A model generated the notes under the pieces. It saw nothing but the letters and a program-made list of their open reading frames with translations. It ran no database searches and was not told the origin of the DNA. Position numbers and translations under genes: made by a program. Below are positions 27,101 through 39,411 of a DNA stretch of 64,000 nt, piece after piece; the first letter of the stretch is position 1, and every line of letters begins with the position of its first letter. This stretch comes from Antedon mediterranea (lineage: Eukaryota; Animalia; Echinodermata): NCBI RefSeq assembly GCF_964355755.1, contig NC_092676.1, positions 5,991,888 to 6,055,887 of the forward strand, read 5' to 3'.

Positions 27101-30100
27101 ATCTAGCATCTACTGCACTGTAGAATAAATTATAGCATATTGGTCAATGAAGGTCAGTTGCTTAATATCCAATTAATCTACCAGTAATTACAATTTAACA
27201 ATATCATATTGCGTAAGATACCAATTAACTTGTGCATTGAAACATATTTTACGATTTATTCGTAAGTAGACTGGTAGACAGAGCTTTACTTTATTAATGC
27301 TGATATTACGCCACAGGATGTACTGTACATCTCTATGTTGTCAAACTATGGATACTAAAGATTGACTGTACTGTACTATTAAAAGTCAATTATTTGCTGC
27401 TGTATAAAGTACTTGCTTTTAAACTAGCACAATTATACAATTATAGTCACAATTCTTAGAAAACACCAAGAGACTTTAAAACTGCTCTCCCACTGAGGAT
27501 AACATCGTGTCTAAACGGACAAATTGAGAACCCCTTAGAATCTTACATCAGAGAGGACTGTATTGTGTGTCATCAGAATGTGATTGTTGTGCTGTGGAGG
27601 TGGCAATGCCCGTAGGACATTCATTTTAAATACTTTAAATTCCAATATAGATTTAAAAACATTTACGTTGGTCTAAAAAAAAACATATTTACAGACAATT
27701 TTAGGGTGACTTCCTAAATCCTACAGTTAGTACTGCAGTACATGGTCAATAGTTCCATCTACTCTAGTGAATACAGTGTAACTGTTAAAGGCTGCCTGCC
27801 AGGCTTAATACAATACTGTTTAGGTAGGCCTACAGTGTGTACTGTACACCCATGCAGTAATCTTCATTTACAGTACAATTACTCTACTATAGTAGTACTG
27901 TGTTACATTAGTTACCCTATTTTTGACTTTGTGAAGGAAGCAGTTACCATGTATTTTTGTACAGTTGAATACAGTAAAACTATAATACTGTAATTTAATA
28001 AATACAGATGTTCACTATTGTTGAGTAAACATCAGGGAAAAATTTCATAAAAAATTTTGTTTAGCAATATTGCTAATCAAACTGATTTTTAAGTCGAGAA
28101 ACATAGTTTTGTATTGTATTTTTTGCTACACAATTTTCAAAATGTGTAGCAATAAGGTTGTTTTGTATAGCTTTTTGCTATGCTACACTGGCGAAAATGT
28201 TTCCTGAACATACCATACTGAAATGTACAGTCAACACTGGTATACAGTACAGGTTAATTAAATACAGTGCAGAATTATTAGTGTTTAACTGTATACAGTG
28301 TATCAGACATAACTAACAAAAATTCCTTTGTACAGCATCGTTTTTCTGCTTTTATGAAATACTGGATTTTCAGACAAAGAAGATCTATTTTTAAGCAGAC
28401 GCTATATAGATTTATAAACCAGTTGGAATTTAAAAACATTCATCAACAAAAATTCTTTTAAAACTTTAATCACTGTTAAAAAATAATGGGCAAAGGTAAA
28501 CAATGTGTAAGAACGAAGGCTAGGTTAAAAATGGAATGTCTTTTGTAACCGATTAACTTCTTCTTTCAATTCTACTATTTAAATGAAAAGAAAAAAGTTT
28601 TCCATATTGTATTAAATTTACACTAGACCTCAAAGCACCATGTTTGTTACTGATACACTTTTCTACAACTCTAAACAGTAACTAACAAAACATTTTTAAA
28701 TTAATACACTACTTGAAAAAATATAGCCATAAACAGATACTATAGTCACAAGAGGGAATTTGTATGTCGACGATGTACCCCAGTACTTATTGTAGCTGTC
28801 TGCACCAAGTACAGTACATGATTTGCTGGTTGCACAGAGTACAGTATATTTAATTATAGCTGGATATATTAATGTATGTTGTAGCTGCTTACACAGAAAG
28901 TGTACTGTACATTAGCTGCTGTTTGCTGTACAGGGTTAACTGCCTGCACCAAGTACAGTATGATTTGCTGGTTGCACATTATGTTGTGTAACTGGTTGCA
29001 CAGAGTAATTTTAAATTCTGGATACTGTAAATGTACCTGTATGTTGTAGCTGGCTACACAGTACAGTACATTACAGGATAGCGGTGGTGTGTCTGCACAC
29101 TATGTACAGTTAATACTGTACTGTAGCTGGTTGTATGTTGTAGCTGGCTACACAGTACAGTGCATTACAGTAGCGGCGGTGTGTCTGCACACTATGTACA
29201 GTTAATACTGTAGCTGGTTGTATGTTGTACTGTAGCTGGCTACACAGTACAGTACATTACAGTAGCGGTGGTGTGTCTGCACACTATGTACAGTTAATAC
29301 TGTAGCTGGTTGTATGTTGTAGCTGGCTACACAGTACAGTACATTACAGGATAGCGGTGGTGTGTCTGCACACTATGTACAGTTAATACTGTAGCTGGTT
29401 GCATATTATTTTGCAGCTAACGTTTGCACGTTACTGGTTATATTGGTTACATATTACGCTATAGTGATACTGTAGGCTGATATGATAGCACATAAAACGT
29501 TGTTGTACAGTATGTCAGTTCAGATTATTTTGTATACATGGGGATATCTTGCTTGTTGCAGTGTTGCACATACTGTACACTACACAAGCTGGTTGCAGAA
29601 TATTTGTTTAGTTTGGCTGCAGAATATTTTATAGCTGGTTGCATCACAATATTGTAAATGTAGCTGGCTGCAGATTCTGGCTGCATTACAATATTGTGGA
29701 ATGTAGAAGGCTGCACAAATACTGTACTGTACGTTCTACAAGTTGTCTTGTTTGACAATATTTTTGTACTGTAGCTCAGAATCATTGTCAACAATTTTGC
29801 AAAAATAGACACCGAAATCAATGTTGTCATCTCAGATTCTATGAGACAGACTACAGTACTCTACATACTAAGAAATTACATGGTCACATGACTAAATACT
29901 GCAAACACTGCACTGCGTTTCTGTGAATCACATGTAACAAATTAAAATTTGACGCAGCAAAATATCGCTTGATTTTGTATGCATACTGTACATGTAATTG
30001 CAACCCTGCGCTACAACGCTATGCAATAATAATAACAAGTCCCAGGACCCTGTTTTCATACCGTTATCTGTAATAGTATTATTATGCAATATTAAACATG

Positions 30101-30972
30101 CCTGACCTCATCTTGAACTCTAAACGAATCATCTATCGACAGCCAATTGGCTCACTCATCCAGTCCAATGCCTAAATACTATTGTCAATTACAAAAACCT
30201 GTTTATCTATTCTTAATACATTTTCTATATAACTTTGATTTTGAAATCATTTCATGTCACAGAGAAACATTTATGAAATTTGTAGAGAAAAACAAGTTTA
30301 AAAACAAGAAATTTGGTACATTGTTTACTGTACTTTACTTTAGGACTCCAACCCACAGGCTCTTATGAAAAAGAAACAGTTTTATTTCGCCTTTTACCGG
30401 GATTTTATCAAATACACAAATAAGAGCGGAGAAAAACAAGAAGTGGAGACAAAAGAAAACAAAGATAGAGAAAACAAGGAATGTAGATAGTGTAGAGAAC
30501 ACTTTAAGGAATGTAGATAGTGTAGAGAACACAAGGAGTGGAGATAGATAAAACAAGGAATGGAGATAGAGAACATAAGGAGTGGAGATAGAACACAAGG
30601 AGTACTGGAAATAGAAAACACAAGGAGTGGAGATAGAACACAAGGAGTGCAGATAGAGAACACAAAGAATGGAGATAGAACACAACGAGTGGAGATAGAG
30701 AACACAAGGAGTGGAGATAAAAGAACACAAAGAGTAGAGATAGAGAACACAAGGAGTGGAGATAGTGAACATAAGGAAAGTGAGAAAGATGGATAGAGAA
30801 GCTACAGCAGGAAGTGGAGAGAAGAATGACAACGAACCTGATCAGTTACCTTCTTTTTAGGGCCTGGTGCCTTTATTGATCCATCAGACATTATAATGCT
30901 GACATCCTTTTTACCAATTTCCGGCGTCGTTACTTTGCACTTTGCTTTCATGTCCTGTTCTAAATTGCTCAT
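15186..30972 (-). CDS. SHOC2: Leucine-rich repeat protein SHOC2/SUR-8, about 543 aa, 16 coding exons
   Basis: Exons (minus strand) 30972-30850, 26291-26205, 24444-24415, 24084-23899, 23447-23352, 23068-22948, 22613-22505, 21409-21316, 20652-20548, 20245-20131, 17372-17248, 17060-16973, 16698-16629, 16482-16415, 16179-16010 and 15230-15186, all phase-compatible. Diagnostic peptides [62 protein letters not shown] and C-terminal [17 protein letters not shown]. Confidence 0.95.
16763..16926. repeat. 28-bp minisatellite, about 6 copies, in a SHOC2 intron
   Basis: CTGTCTTCTTTTAGGAA(A/G)CTAGGTAGTA in tandem. Confidence 0.9.
17432..18613 (-). mobile_element. Non-autonomous Helitron
   Basis: On the minus strand it begins A|TCTATATAT and ends with the GC-rich imperfect hairpin TACGCGAGCGAAGCGAGCGTA followed by CCATCTAG|T; A|T insertion site with no TSD. 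Confidence 0.75.
18708..19246. mobile_element. Kolobok-like MITE, same family as 701-1381
   Basis: TTAA|AGATGTATTGTCCCTTTGAC ... TTCAAGGGACAATACA (right end clipped). Confidence 0.75.
19691..19975 (+). mobile_element. tRNA-headed SINE with Deu/Nin-like core
   Basis: A-box-like GTGGCCGAGTAGTT, degenerate B box GGTTTGAGGCTC, core GGATAAGGACTATAAACAGTAGGTCC..GCACTTTAAAGAACC..GAGTATGGGGTTACCCCGGT. Confidence 0.7.
21565..21835. mobile_element. Tc1/mariner (Tigger-like) MITE
   Basis: TA|CCGTATATCCTCGGGTATAATCCCAC ... GTGGAATTATACTAGAGGGTATACGG|TA. Confidence 0.7.
22091..22252. mobile_element. Harbinger-like MITE (AGCTCTGTCTACACTATCAAACT family), representative copy
   Basis: TAA|AGCTCTATCTACACTGTCAAA ... 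TTTGATAGTGTAGACAGAGCT|TAA; further copies or fragments near 20292, 20723, 22690, 24122, 37374, 40941, 49258, 52893, 55310, 57284-57682, 61224 and 62011-62330. Confidence 0.85.
25061..25130. repeat. 21-bp tandem repeat, about 3.3 copies
   Basis: GGTAATAAACTGACCAATCAT repeated. Confidence 0.85.
25228..25737. mobile_element. About 500 bp MITE with about 50 bp TIRs and ATT TSD (PHIS/Pangu-like)
   Basis: ATT|AGGGAGGTTTCGCAACCTTACGAATACGATAACG ... CGTTATCGTATTCGTAAGGTTGCGAAACCTCCCT|ATT; copies at 56719-57210 and 60436-60944. The superfamily label is inference from the ANT-type TSD. Confidence 0.85.
29035..29402. repeat. Minisatellite, unit about 90 bp, 4 copies with degenerate flanks
   Basis: TGTATGTTGTAGCTGGCTACACAGTACAGTACATTACAG..AGCGGTGGTGTGTCTGCACACTATGTACAGTTAATACTGTAGCTGGT. 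Confidence 0.9.
30470..30775. repeat. Purine-rich 20-22 bp minisatellite
   Basis: AACACAAGGAGTGGAGATAG(AG) repeats; they explain the ORFs at 30335-30832. Confidence 0.9.
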
Positions 30973-33899
30973 TTTCGGTTCTTTCTTTAACAAGATGATA
31001 CAGAATGAATAAAAATCCTTGCTTAATATTTTGTGAAGATGTACGCGTCCTTGCTCTTGGAACCACAAGAGTTATCTTCACTCCTCTTTAAAGGATGTTT
31101 AATAAGTCATGTTGCAACTGAAGATCAGAATGATGTCTTTATTAATTTTCACAGAAGGAATCTTGAACTGATGGCCTAAGATATCTTGCTCTCACCGATT
31201 CCGGTGCTTCATTCTCCAGTTTCTAAAAAAAAATTGTAAAAATATATTATCATTTTCACAAACACTATCAAAATCAAACTAAACTCCAGACAGAAATTGA
31301 AGTGCATAACCCAAACATTTGACGTACAGTACACGCCGTGAAATTGTGTGTCGAGACTATCGGTTAAAAACAAAGTATACTGACATTACACCCACTTTAG
31401 ACGCATAAAGTTAAGAACACCATTTAATTTTTAAGATTTCATTCAACAACAAAAAAGTCTTTTTTGCACAACCTTTTTATACCGACAAACAATAACATTA
31501 CTATTTTTGACTTTACACTATCAGTAAGTGGCTAAATCACTTTGTTTAAAATGGATGCTAAAGTTGTTTCATGTTTTTTTGGGGTTGTTTTTGCAACATT
31601 ATGATCTCAAACTACTTTCACAAGTAGAAACATTTTATAATCTTTTTTTTTTAAAGATTGTCTCCCTGAAAAATTAAATAATGTTGTTGATGAATATTTA
31701 TTTATTTTTAAATGCCATGTTATGTTTTTTTTTTTTTTTTCAAAAATTGGAGAGAAAAAAAATCATAATTTGATCTTAATATAATCTTTAGTTTGGTTCA
31801 GTTTTTTTTCTGTACATGTCAAGTTGAATAACTTTATTAAAATACAAAATGGTGTATTCAAAGTTGAATTTCATTTCATCTTATTTTTCATGTTTGGGGG
31901 AACAATACAATACATAATTTAATATAATAAATATTATTTTAACAATAATAATCCATTAATCTTTAATAATAAAACTTTATTTAATCACGGAAGCACTTGT
32001 ATACCACAATGGTGATTTATAACAAGCATCTAGTTACATACATACAATACAGTATGATATTTTACAGGGTTACTGTAGTAATGGTGTTTTACAGTACATT
32101 TTACTGTTGTTAAACAATTATGTTTTTAATCAACAGTACTAACAGTTAGTATTCAGGATCAACATTTAACAAAGTCTATGAAAACAGGTCAGAGTTCAGA
32201 TTTCTGGAGATCATGTTTTCTTTGTAATCTTCTGTACACAAAAGTGCAATAATTGCTATTTTAAATGACAAGAGAAAACATACACTGCAAATAGTGTGAT
32301 ATGACTGAATACATGTATTCTTTTTATCTTAATTTTTAACTATAACCTCTGTACAAAGGATAAAGTTTAATGAACTTCTTTACATAGACTCTCTTTCAGT
32401 AGATTCCTCACTCACAGACTCTGACCTTGAATATAGTATTCTACAATGTATAGTAGAAAGACTGCTATTTCAATTGCTTTAACAGGCTTTGTCTCTATTG
32501 TATTTTATTGATGTTTTTTTGTTATATTTTAAATAAAATAAAAATTATAATTGATGTTAACAAATGTTATTCGCATTATATTGCAACATGAACTATGGAA
32601 CAAAAAGTAAATTTAAATACAGTCTATAATTTAGTGACTAATTTTATACTGACATACTGTACTTCTTTACTGTATACTGTAAGACAATAGGCCAAAGGTA
32701 ACTATATTTAAATTACTACAGTAGTACTAGTATATTTAGTATTACCCTGTTCTTACCTGCAACTAACTTTGAAAAACAAATAATAATTAATAGGACCACT
32801 GTGTAAACAAAATCCTGTCATCTTTAACCTCTTTTGTGTTAAAAAAGTGTTGTGAAATATATCTGAGATCCGAGTTTTCTAGATCTGAGTTTCTAGACAC
32901 CTGTGAAATAGTCATTGAAAAGTCAACAGAATTGCAAACTCTCTTCTGCAAAACTGGACAGGATCATTGAGGGTCTCAATTACTATACTGTAAGCGTATT
33001 AATGTGTAAAAATGGAGTAAAAATTATAATTTTATACGACACAATAACATTATTTTCACATTATTAATTTGAAAGCTTTAATTAAAGAAATTCTGTCAGA
33101 AATGAGATAAGTGCATTACATTCGTTACTGATGGGATATGAAATTGCTGTGCTCTTTTTTTTTAAAAACCAAAATAGGCCTAGCATAGTAGATCTTCATA
33201 CATCAATTGACAATGATGTATAATAATAATGAAGTAAAACTGGCTGTGTTAGCCTACACAAAAAAACAGTATACGGAATGCTGGCTGGCTGCTGTGCCCA
33301 TTCATTCAAGTACTGTGTAGGCCTACAAACAACCATACATCATACACTTACTTACTACTTTTGCAAGAACAAAATAAGCACACAATTAATATTATTTTCA
33401 AGTTGATATCACTGATGATGCTACCCTGTGTAGCCTACCATTGAGGAGGTAGGCTGGTCTAAAGCATCTCGTCGTGTGTTTATTAGACGACGACTGGATA
33501 ACTGTGCGGACAAGATAATTTCTCACGATTGAGCAACAAGAGTTTTGCCTCAAAAGTACATTTTGAGGTAAAATGCAACTTTAGATTTAGCTCAGTATGG
33601 TACTATAAACATCACATATTAAGGAACACTTAACTAATTGTGCAAAAACATTCGATTTATGCAAAAACGTAGCAATTTATATATATTACCTTGTAAAATA
33701 TCACAGGCGTACTTCAGCCCTTTTTGTGTACTAGCCTAGCCTAGAAGGTTAAATGATGGTTGCCAGACCAAAGCGAACCTTTTGCCCAATTATTATATTT
33801 TAAAATGTTATAATCAAGAGAGTTGTTTAGACAATAAAACAGGATTGTAATAACGTACAGTTGTGTGTGTACATATAATCTATTTTATTTTTCCTTTCA

Positions 33900-34640
33900 T
33901 AAAATGTATAAATATGGATAAAACAATTTGAACATAATATACTATTAATCTTTGAAAATATCATAAAATTTGTTCTGGTTTTTTTTCTTGGTCCGTCTCA
34001 TCATTGATGTTGATGGTTGTGCCGAAATTGTGAGAAAAAATAACTGAAACTCATATTATATAGAACGCAATACAAATATTACTCTACCATTCAAATTAGA
34101 TTGTTCAATTCAAATGACCCATAGGTAATTTGACAGGCCTCAGATTTGAGGGTGGAGGACATAAATAACAAGATAATTGTAATTAGACATCATAAAATCT
34201 AACAATCTAGTGATACCTATATAGATTTTACATCAAAATTAAATCTGTATTTTTTTCTTAATTTATCAATTGAAAACAAGAAATTACGAATGTACTAAAC
34301 AAAATAACGTAATGTACTAAATTACTCCCTCCTCCATGAATTCACGCGCATCCTCTCCCCCCCCCCCCCCCTCCTCTTTTTTTTCCTTGTTAAATGTGTA
34401 GCATCAAAGATCTTTGGTAGCATGCAGCACAGAGAGCATGCAGCAAAGATCTCTTTGCTTTGTAGTGACAAAACTATAGAGGGCGCACTACTAATTTGAT
34501 TCATGCTTTGTTTTTAAAACGACGCTAGAGAGTAGGTTTTACCGGCGTTTTTAAGTTTAATAAAGATTGTATTTGTAATCTGTAAATGATTTTGTTGATA
34601 TAAGTCATCATATTTATATAAGGTAAAATAAGTACAAGGT
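33900..34640. promoter_or_regulatory. Putative divergent promoter region of SHOC2 (-) and SNF (+)
   Basis: Candidate non-coding first-exon donors at 33689 (minus, AAG|GTAATA) and about 34639 (plus, AAG|GTAAAT); poly-C tract; CTCF-like TAGAGGGCGC at 34477-34486. The TSS positions are inferred. Confidence 0.5.
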
Positions 34641-35201
34641 AAATGTCTACTATATCATCTTGAGAAAATTTTGTTTTTATTACGATGTTTAGTCACAATA
34701 ATTTCATTGTAAATCAACCATGGTACCTAACTAAACTTTGTTTCCAATCTAGGCCTACTATAGTACGTACTGTACGTACGAGCGCCCGACGTACTGTACT
34801 GGTAGCCTACTGCTAGTCTAGGCTAGCTTAGCTAGTTAAGCCGATCGGGGCCTATGACTGCCTTAATACAGTACTACGAATGCATCGCTAGCCTACTTCT
34901 ACTACTAGCCTACCTAGGGTAGGCATAGATAGCACAGTACAGTTTACAGTATTTTACTGACTGAGATTATAGTTTTCTTTTTATCAATACGAACAACAAC
35001 TCGTTCGTATCTCCTAATTAATTCTAGGTAGGCCCTATTTAACTACAGACAGCAGCTAGGCCTAGATAGCAACCCATTTGGCAATAATTTAAAAATAACG
35101 TATTTACCTATACTAGGCTAGGCCTACAATAAGACCTACTACTATTCTATAGCTAGGGCCTAGGCCTATACTTACTTTACTTTTGTTTAATTTCAGACAT
35201 A

Positions 35202-38200
35202 ATGGATATCCGACCAAATAACACAATTTACATCAACAACTTAAATGAGAAAGTTAAAAAAGAAGGCAAGTATATTTTGAAAGAAAGTATATCCTGATCC
35301 TGGCAGAGCTGGTTTTTTTTATTTGCTACGGCAACAGATTACTAATACCCTTTTTACACTATCGACTGAGAGGAACACGAGTTGAACTCGGAGGCAATTT
35401 CCATTTACACTAGCCAAAAAAACTGCGAGATGAACTTGAGTTTCCCCCATTTACACCCCCGGTGCTGTCAATCAAATCACTATTGCAAGCGCATACGTGG
35501 AACTTAACTGACTATGGTTTAAACACTGGAACGTATCGACAAATCTCATATAAAAACATAATAATCCAAATTTACACACAATTTATTTAATTTTGAATGT
35601 AGTCCAGTGTTATATTTTCTTTGTGGCTATTAAGATTATCATTTATTATTTTTAAAATTAGGGCCTTCCTAACAATTATTTTTCTTTTTAAAATGACTGC
35701 ATTTCCGCCTTGTAGACTGTACGTACATTAAATAGGCCTTAAATTGTTAGGTTGGCGTAAAAATAGGGTAGGTACGGTAGTATTTAAAATTAAAAATGTA
35801 TTTGTTAATTAGTATAACAATGTATCAATGAAGGAAAATTATTATGGTACTTTTTCAGTTCCTAAAAAAGATATCATTTTCATCCATTGAGACATCAGTA
35901 CTATATATATTTTTCCCTTTTTCAATAATTAGGCCTACATAGAATCGGTCAGGGTAGAGTTGTACAAATATTACATTATTTTAGGCTTTCTGGTAAGGTA
36001 GAATGAACACGAATTTAAATATTTTCAGCAGAAAAGAAAAATCACAAATTTGTTTTTGCCTTTAAATATAAATAAATAATATAATAAAATAACGAGCAGC
36101 ACAATATATCGTACAATTATTATTTTAAGCAAAAAAGGTGTATTTTAAGCAAAAAAACTATTTTGTTGCATAATATTAATATATTGTATTTCTGTGACAA
36201 CAACTTTTTCACGTCAATGACCTTTAACAGCTCGGTGTTGAACCACAAAAACCGTTTACACTTCGTGTCTCCAGTGTAGATTCGACTGCAACGGAGAAGG
36301 TACACCGGAAAACATTCAGCTTCGTTTCACCCCGGGGAGACCACACCGGGGTGGTTGGATTTTCCCATTTACACCAGTCAATAAAAACCACAACACCGCT
36401 GTTACAGTGATAGTGTAAAAGGGGTATAAGTTACTCTAAACATATTATGTTCATATTGTTCGTTTAACTGAAACTGCTTTATGCACTTGTCAATTGTATG
36501 ACTCACTATACGACCCCTGGGAGAGGTGCGTCATTTACAAATAATTACTGACGCAGGGTTGCGTAAAAAAACCTAAAAGGTATGTCACATCAATGAACGA
36601 TGGTGTGTCAATGTCCGTCACTTTACCACTAAAAATATCATAAAAAAACATGGTCACAGTGCGTCAAAATAGGCGCATCATAGACACCTAAAGGTAGGTC
36701 ATGGTATGATTGACGCACATCAGACAAATGACGCACCTCATCCGGGGGTTGTATAGTGGGTCATGCAATTGACAAGTGCATTACAGATTCAGATAACATT
36801 TATTCAGATAATAATGAATGAACATATATAAAAAAGATATTAAACTGAACATAGATAAAGCAGTAATTGGTAGTCATTATCATGGATCCCTTCTAGAAGT
36901 TAAGAGCAATTTGATATCTACCTGGTTGGTTTAATAAATATGGTCTGGAGTTTCTTCTCCTTAATATATTTTCATTTATTGACATTGCAGAACTTATGAA
37001 TTGTTTATGAACTATACAATAATATTAATAATCTATAAATTAATTTCTTTTCAGAATTAAAGAAGTCTTTGTATGCCATATTCTCTCAGTTTGGTCAGAT
37101 TCTCGACATAATAGCGCTAAAGACGTTGAAAATGAGAGGGCAGGCGTTTGTGATCTTCAAAGAGATATCCAGTGCTACTAACGCTCTACGTTCTATGCAA
37201 GGGTTCCCTTTCTATGATAAACCAATGGTTAGTTTCCTTATGTATAATCCTTTATAATTCACCATCATGCAGTATATTCTGGTAAAGACAGAATATATAT
37301 TATGCCAGAAATGCTTCTGGTAAATGAATACTTCTCATTGCCATTAAAGGTCTTTATAGTCTTAGTACACTAAAGCTCTGTCTACACTATCAAACTTGAT
37401 GTGACAACAAATGTGATGTGCCCATCACTACCATAATTTGGGAATATCACTACCCTATTATTACACTTTTTTGGTCAAACTAGTTTGATAGCGTATACAG
37501 AGCTGAAAAAGAGGATAAAAAATGTATATTTGTTCTTGTTTTTATTTGTAGAGAATTCAATATTCAAAAACCGATTCAGATGTAATAGCTAAAGTGAAAG
37601 GAACGTATGTACCACGTGAGAAAAAGGTACCAGAGAAGAGGAAGGCACCAGCAGAGGAGGCTAAAGGTAGGCCATAAGATCGGCTATATCCCTATACTCT
37701 TAGCCACCCATCACCACATGTAGTAATTGTCATGTCTAACTGACAATGGTGTACACATTTTCATATATAACCATTAAAGTTGTATAGATTTTTTTAGTGG
37801 AACTTGTGTATTTTTATCTAGTATAAAACTTAAATGAATGGCCCAACCCACTTTTTAAAAATCATTTTCATCATCATGTTTAATTTTCTTTTTTTAGGCA
37901 AGAAAAACAAAGCAGGAGCACCTGGTGTTCCTCCTATTATGCCTGGGATGATGCCACCAATGCCGGGTATGCCACCGATGCCAGGAATGCCACCCATGCC
38001 GGGTATGCCACCAATGCCGGGTATGCCTCCAATAGGTAGGTTGTTACATAAATAGTTTCATGATATTTGATATTAATAATGTATATTGATCAAACAATCA
38101 AGTTTTTGTAAATTTTATTGTAGAAGAAAAGTAAAATTTCTAATTGAAAATCAAATATAAAAAGTATGAAATTAAACATGAAAAGAGGCAGTACTGAATA

Positions 38201-39411
38201 GCTTTAAATGGTACAGCCCATTGTAATAGTAAAAACAATAATACTGATTCTCTTTAATATATAAACGATAACAAGTTATTTAAAAAGGAATAAAAATATT
38301 ACATACGAAAGGTACTGCAAAAAAAAAAAAAATAGTTTTTCCATCCTGTATTCAATGAAAATGATGTTTGGTATATACACCTGAGCCAAACACTTGTAAC
38401 TCACATAGCTGGACAGGTGAATTAGTTGGCGAGTTACTTGCTGTTGGGGATATGTATGAAATTGAAAAAAAATCTGTTTCGTTTGATCTTGTGTTAATAA
38501 ATAAACAAGAAGTCTTCAATTCTTCTAATAAAATAATAGAAGGTGCTATAGAAAATTCATGTATGCAATTTCAACTACAGTAAAACAAAAACTTATATAT
38601 ATATATTGGGTCTGTGGAGCTTGGGTAACATTTTTGTTTAGGCCTTATGGTTACAACGCCTATATCCCAATCATTCACCACTGGTCAATAGGTATGTCTA
38701 CCTATTTTCGTGTTATTAATAATATATATGTGATTGTATTATTAGCTGCTGTAGCGCCCCCTTCCCAACCGTTGCCAGAACAACCAAACAATATTCTTTT
38801 CCTCACCAACCTGCCTGAAGAGACAAACGAGATGATGTTGTCTATGCTGTTTACACAGTAAGTATCACGATGACAATATTTTAATTTTTACCATTTGCAG
38901 CTTTAGTGGTTAAAGTAATAGTTTTGGTAGCATCTGTCGGGTTGTCTGTAGGTAGAGTTTCAAGCTACTTCTCAGAATTTTAATTTTTCAGATGTTTTGG
39001 CCTACTATGACGTAATTTGTACTTTATATCAAATATATTTAGAGGTTTTTTGCCTGCATTCAATTTAATCAAATAGTCTGTGTCCATTTAAGGTTATTTT
39101 TGGCATACTGAACTTTTTTTTTTCAGGCTACCATTTTTTTTGCAAAAGAAAAAAAAATCCTCTGCTTTTTTTTTAAACAGCTTTAAGTGAAAAAAAAAGC
39201 ATCTTGCATGATATTTGTTTCTTTAATCACAATATACTTGAAATCTTGCAGATTTGACGGTTACAAAGAAGTGCGATTGGTACCTGGAAGACATGATATC
39301 GCTTTTGTGGAGTTTGAGACGGATTCGCAATCCTCGCTTGCGAAAGGTTCATTACAAGGCTTCAAGATCACGCCAACGAACGCAATGAAGATCTCGTTTG
39401 CGAAGAAATAA
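35202..39411 (+). CDS. SNRPA: U1A/U2B'' family spliceosomal protein (SNF type), about 253 aa, 6 coding exons
   Basis: Exons 35202-35265, 37055-37227, 37552-37666, 37898-38035, 38746-38857 and 39252-39411. RRM1 [56 protein letters not shown], (PGMPPM)n linker, RRM2 ending [15 protein letters not shown]. The [11 protein letters not shown] loop matches Drosophila SNF, so the gene is probably co-orthologous to SNRPA and SNRPB2. Confidence 0.93.
35346..36426. mobile_element. Harbinger-like non-autonomous element, about 1.08 kb
   Basis: TAA|TACCCTTTTTACACTATC ... GATAGTGTAAAAGGGGTA|TAA; subterminal CCATTTACAC repeats. Confidence 0.75.
36482..36780. mobile_element. MITE with about 55 bp TIRs and TTA TSD
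   Basis: TTA|TGCACTTGTCAATTGTATGACTCACTATAC ... GTATAGTGGGTCATGCAATTGACAAGTGCA|TTA. Confidence 0.8.

Noticed and set aside
30335-30832. Long hydrophobic or repetitive ORFs
   Set aside because: They are translations of the purine-rich minisatellite in a SHOC2 intron.
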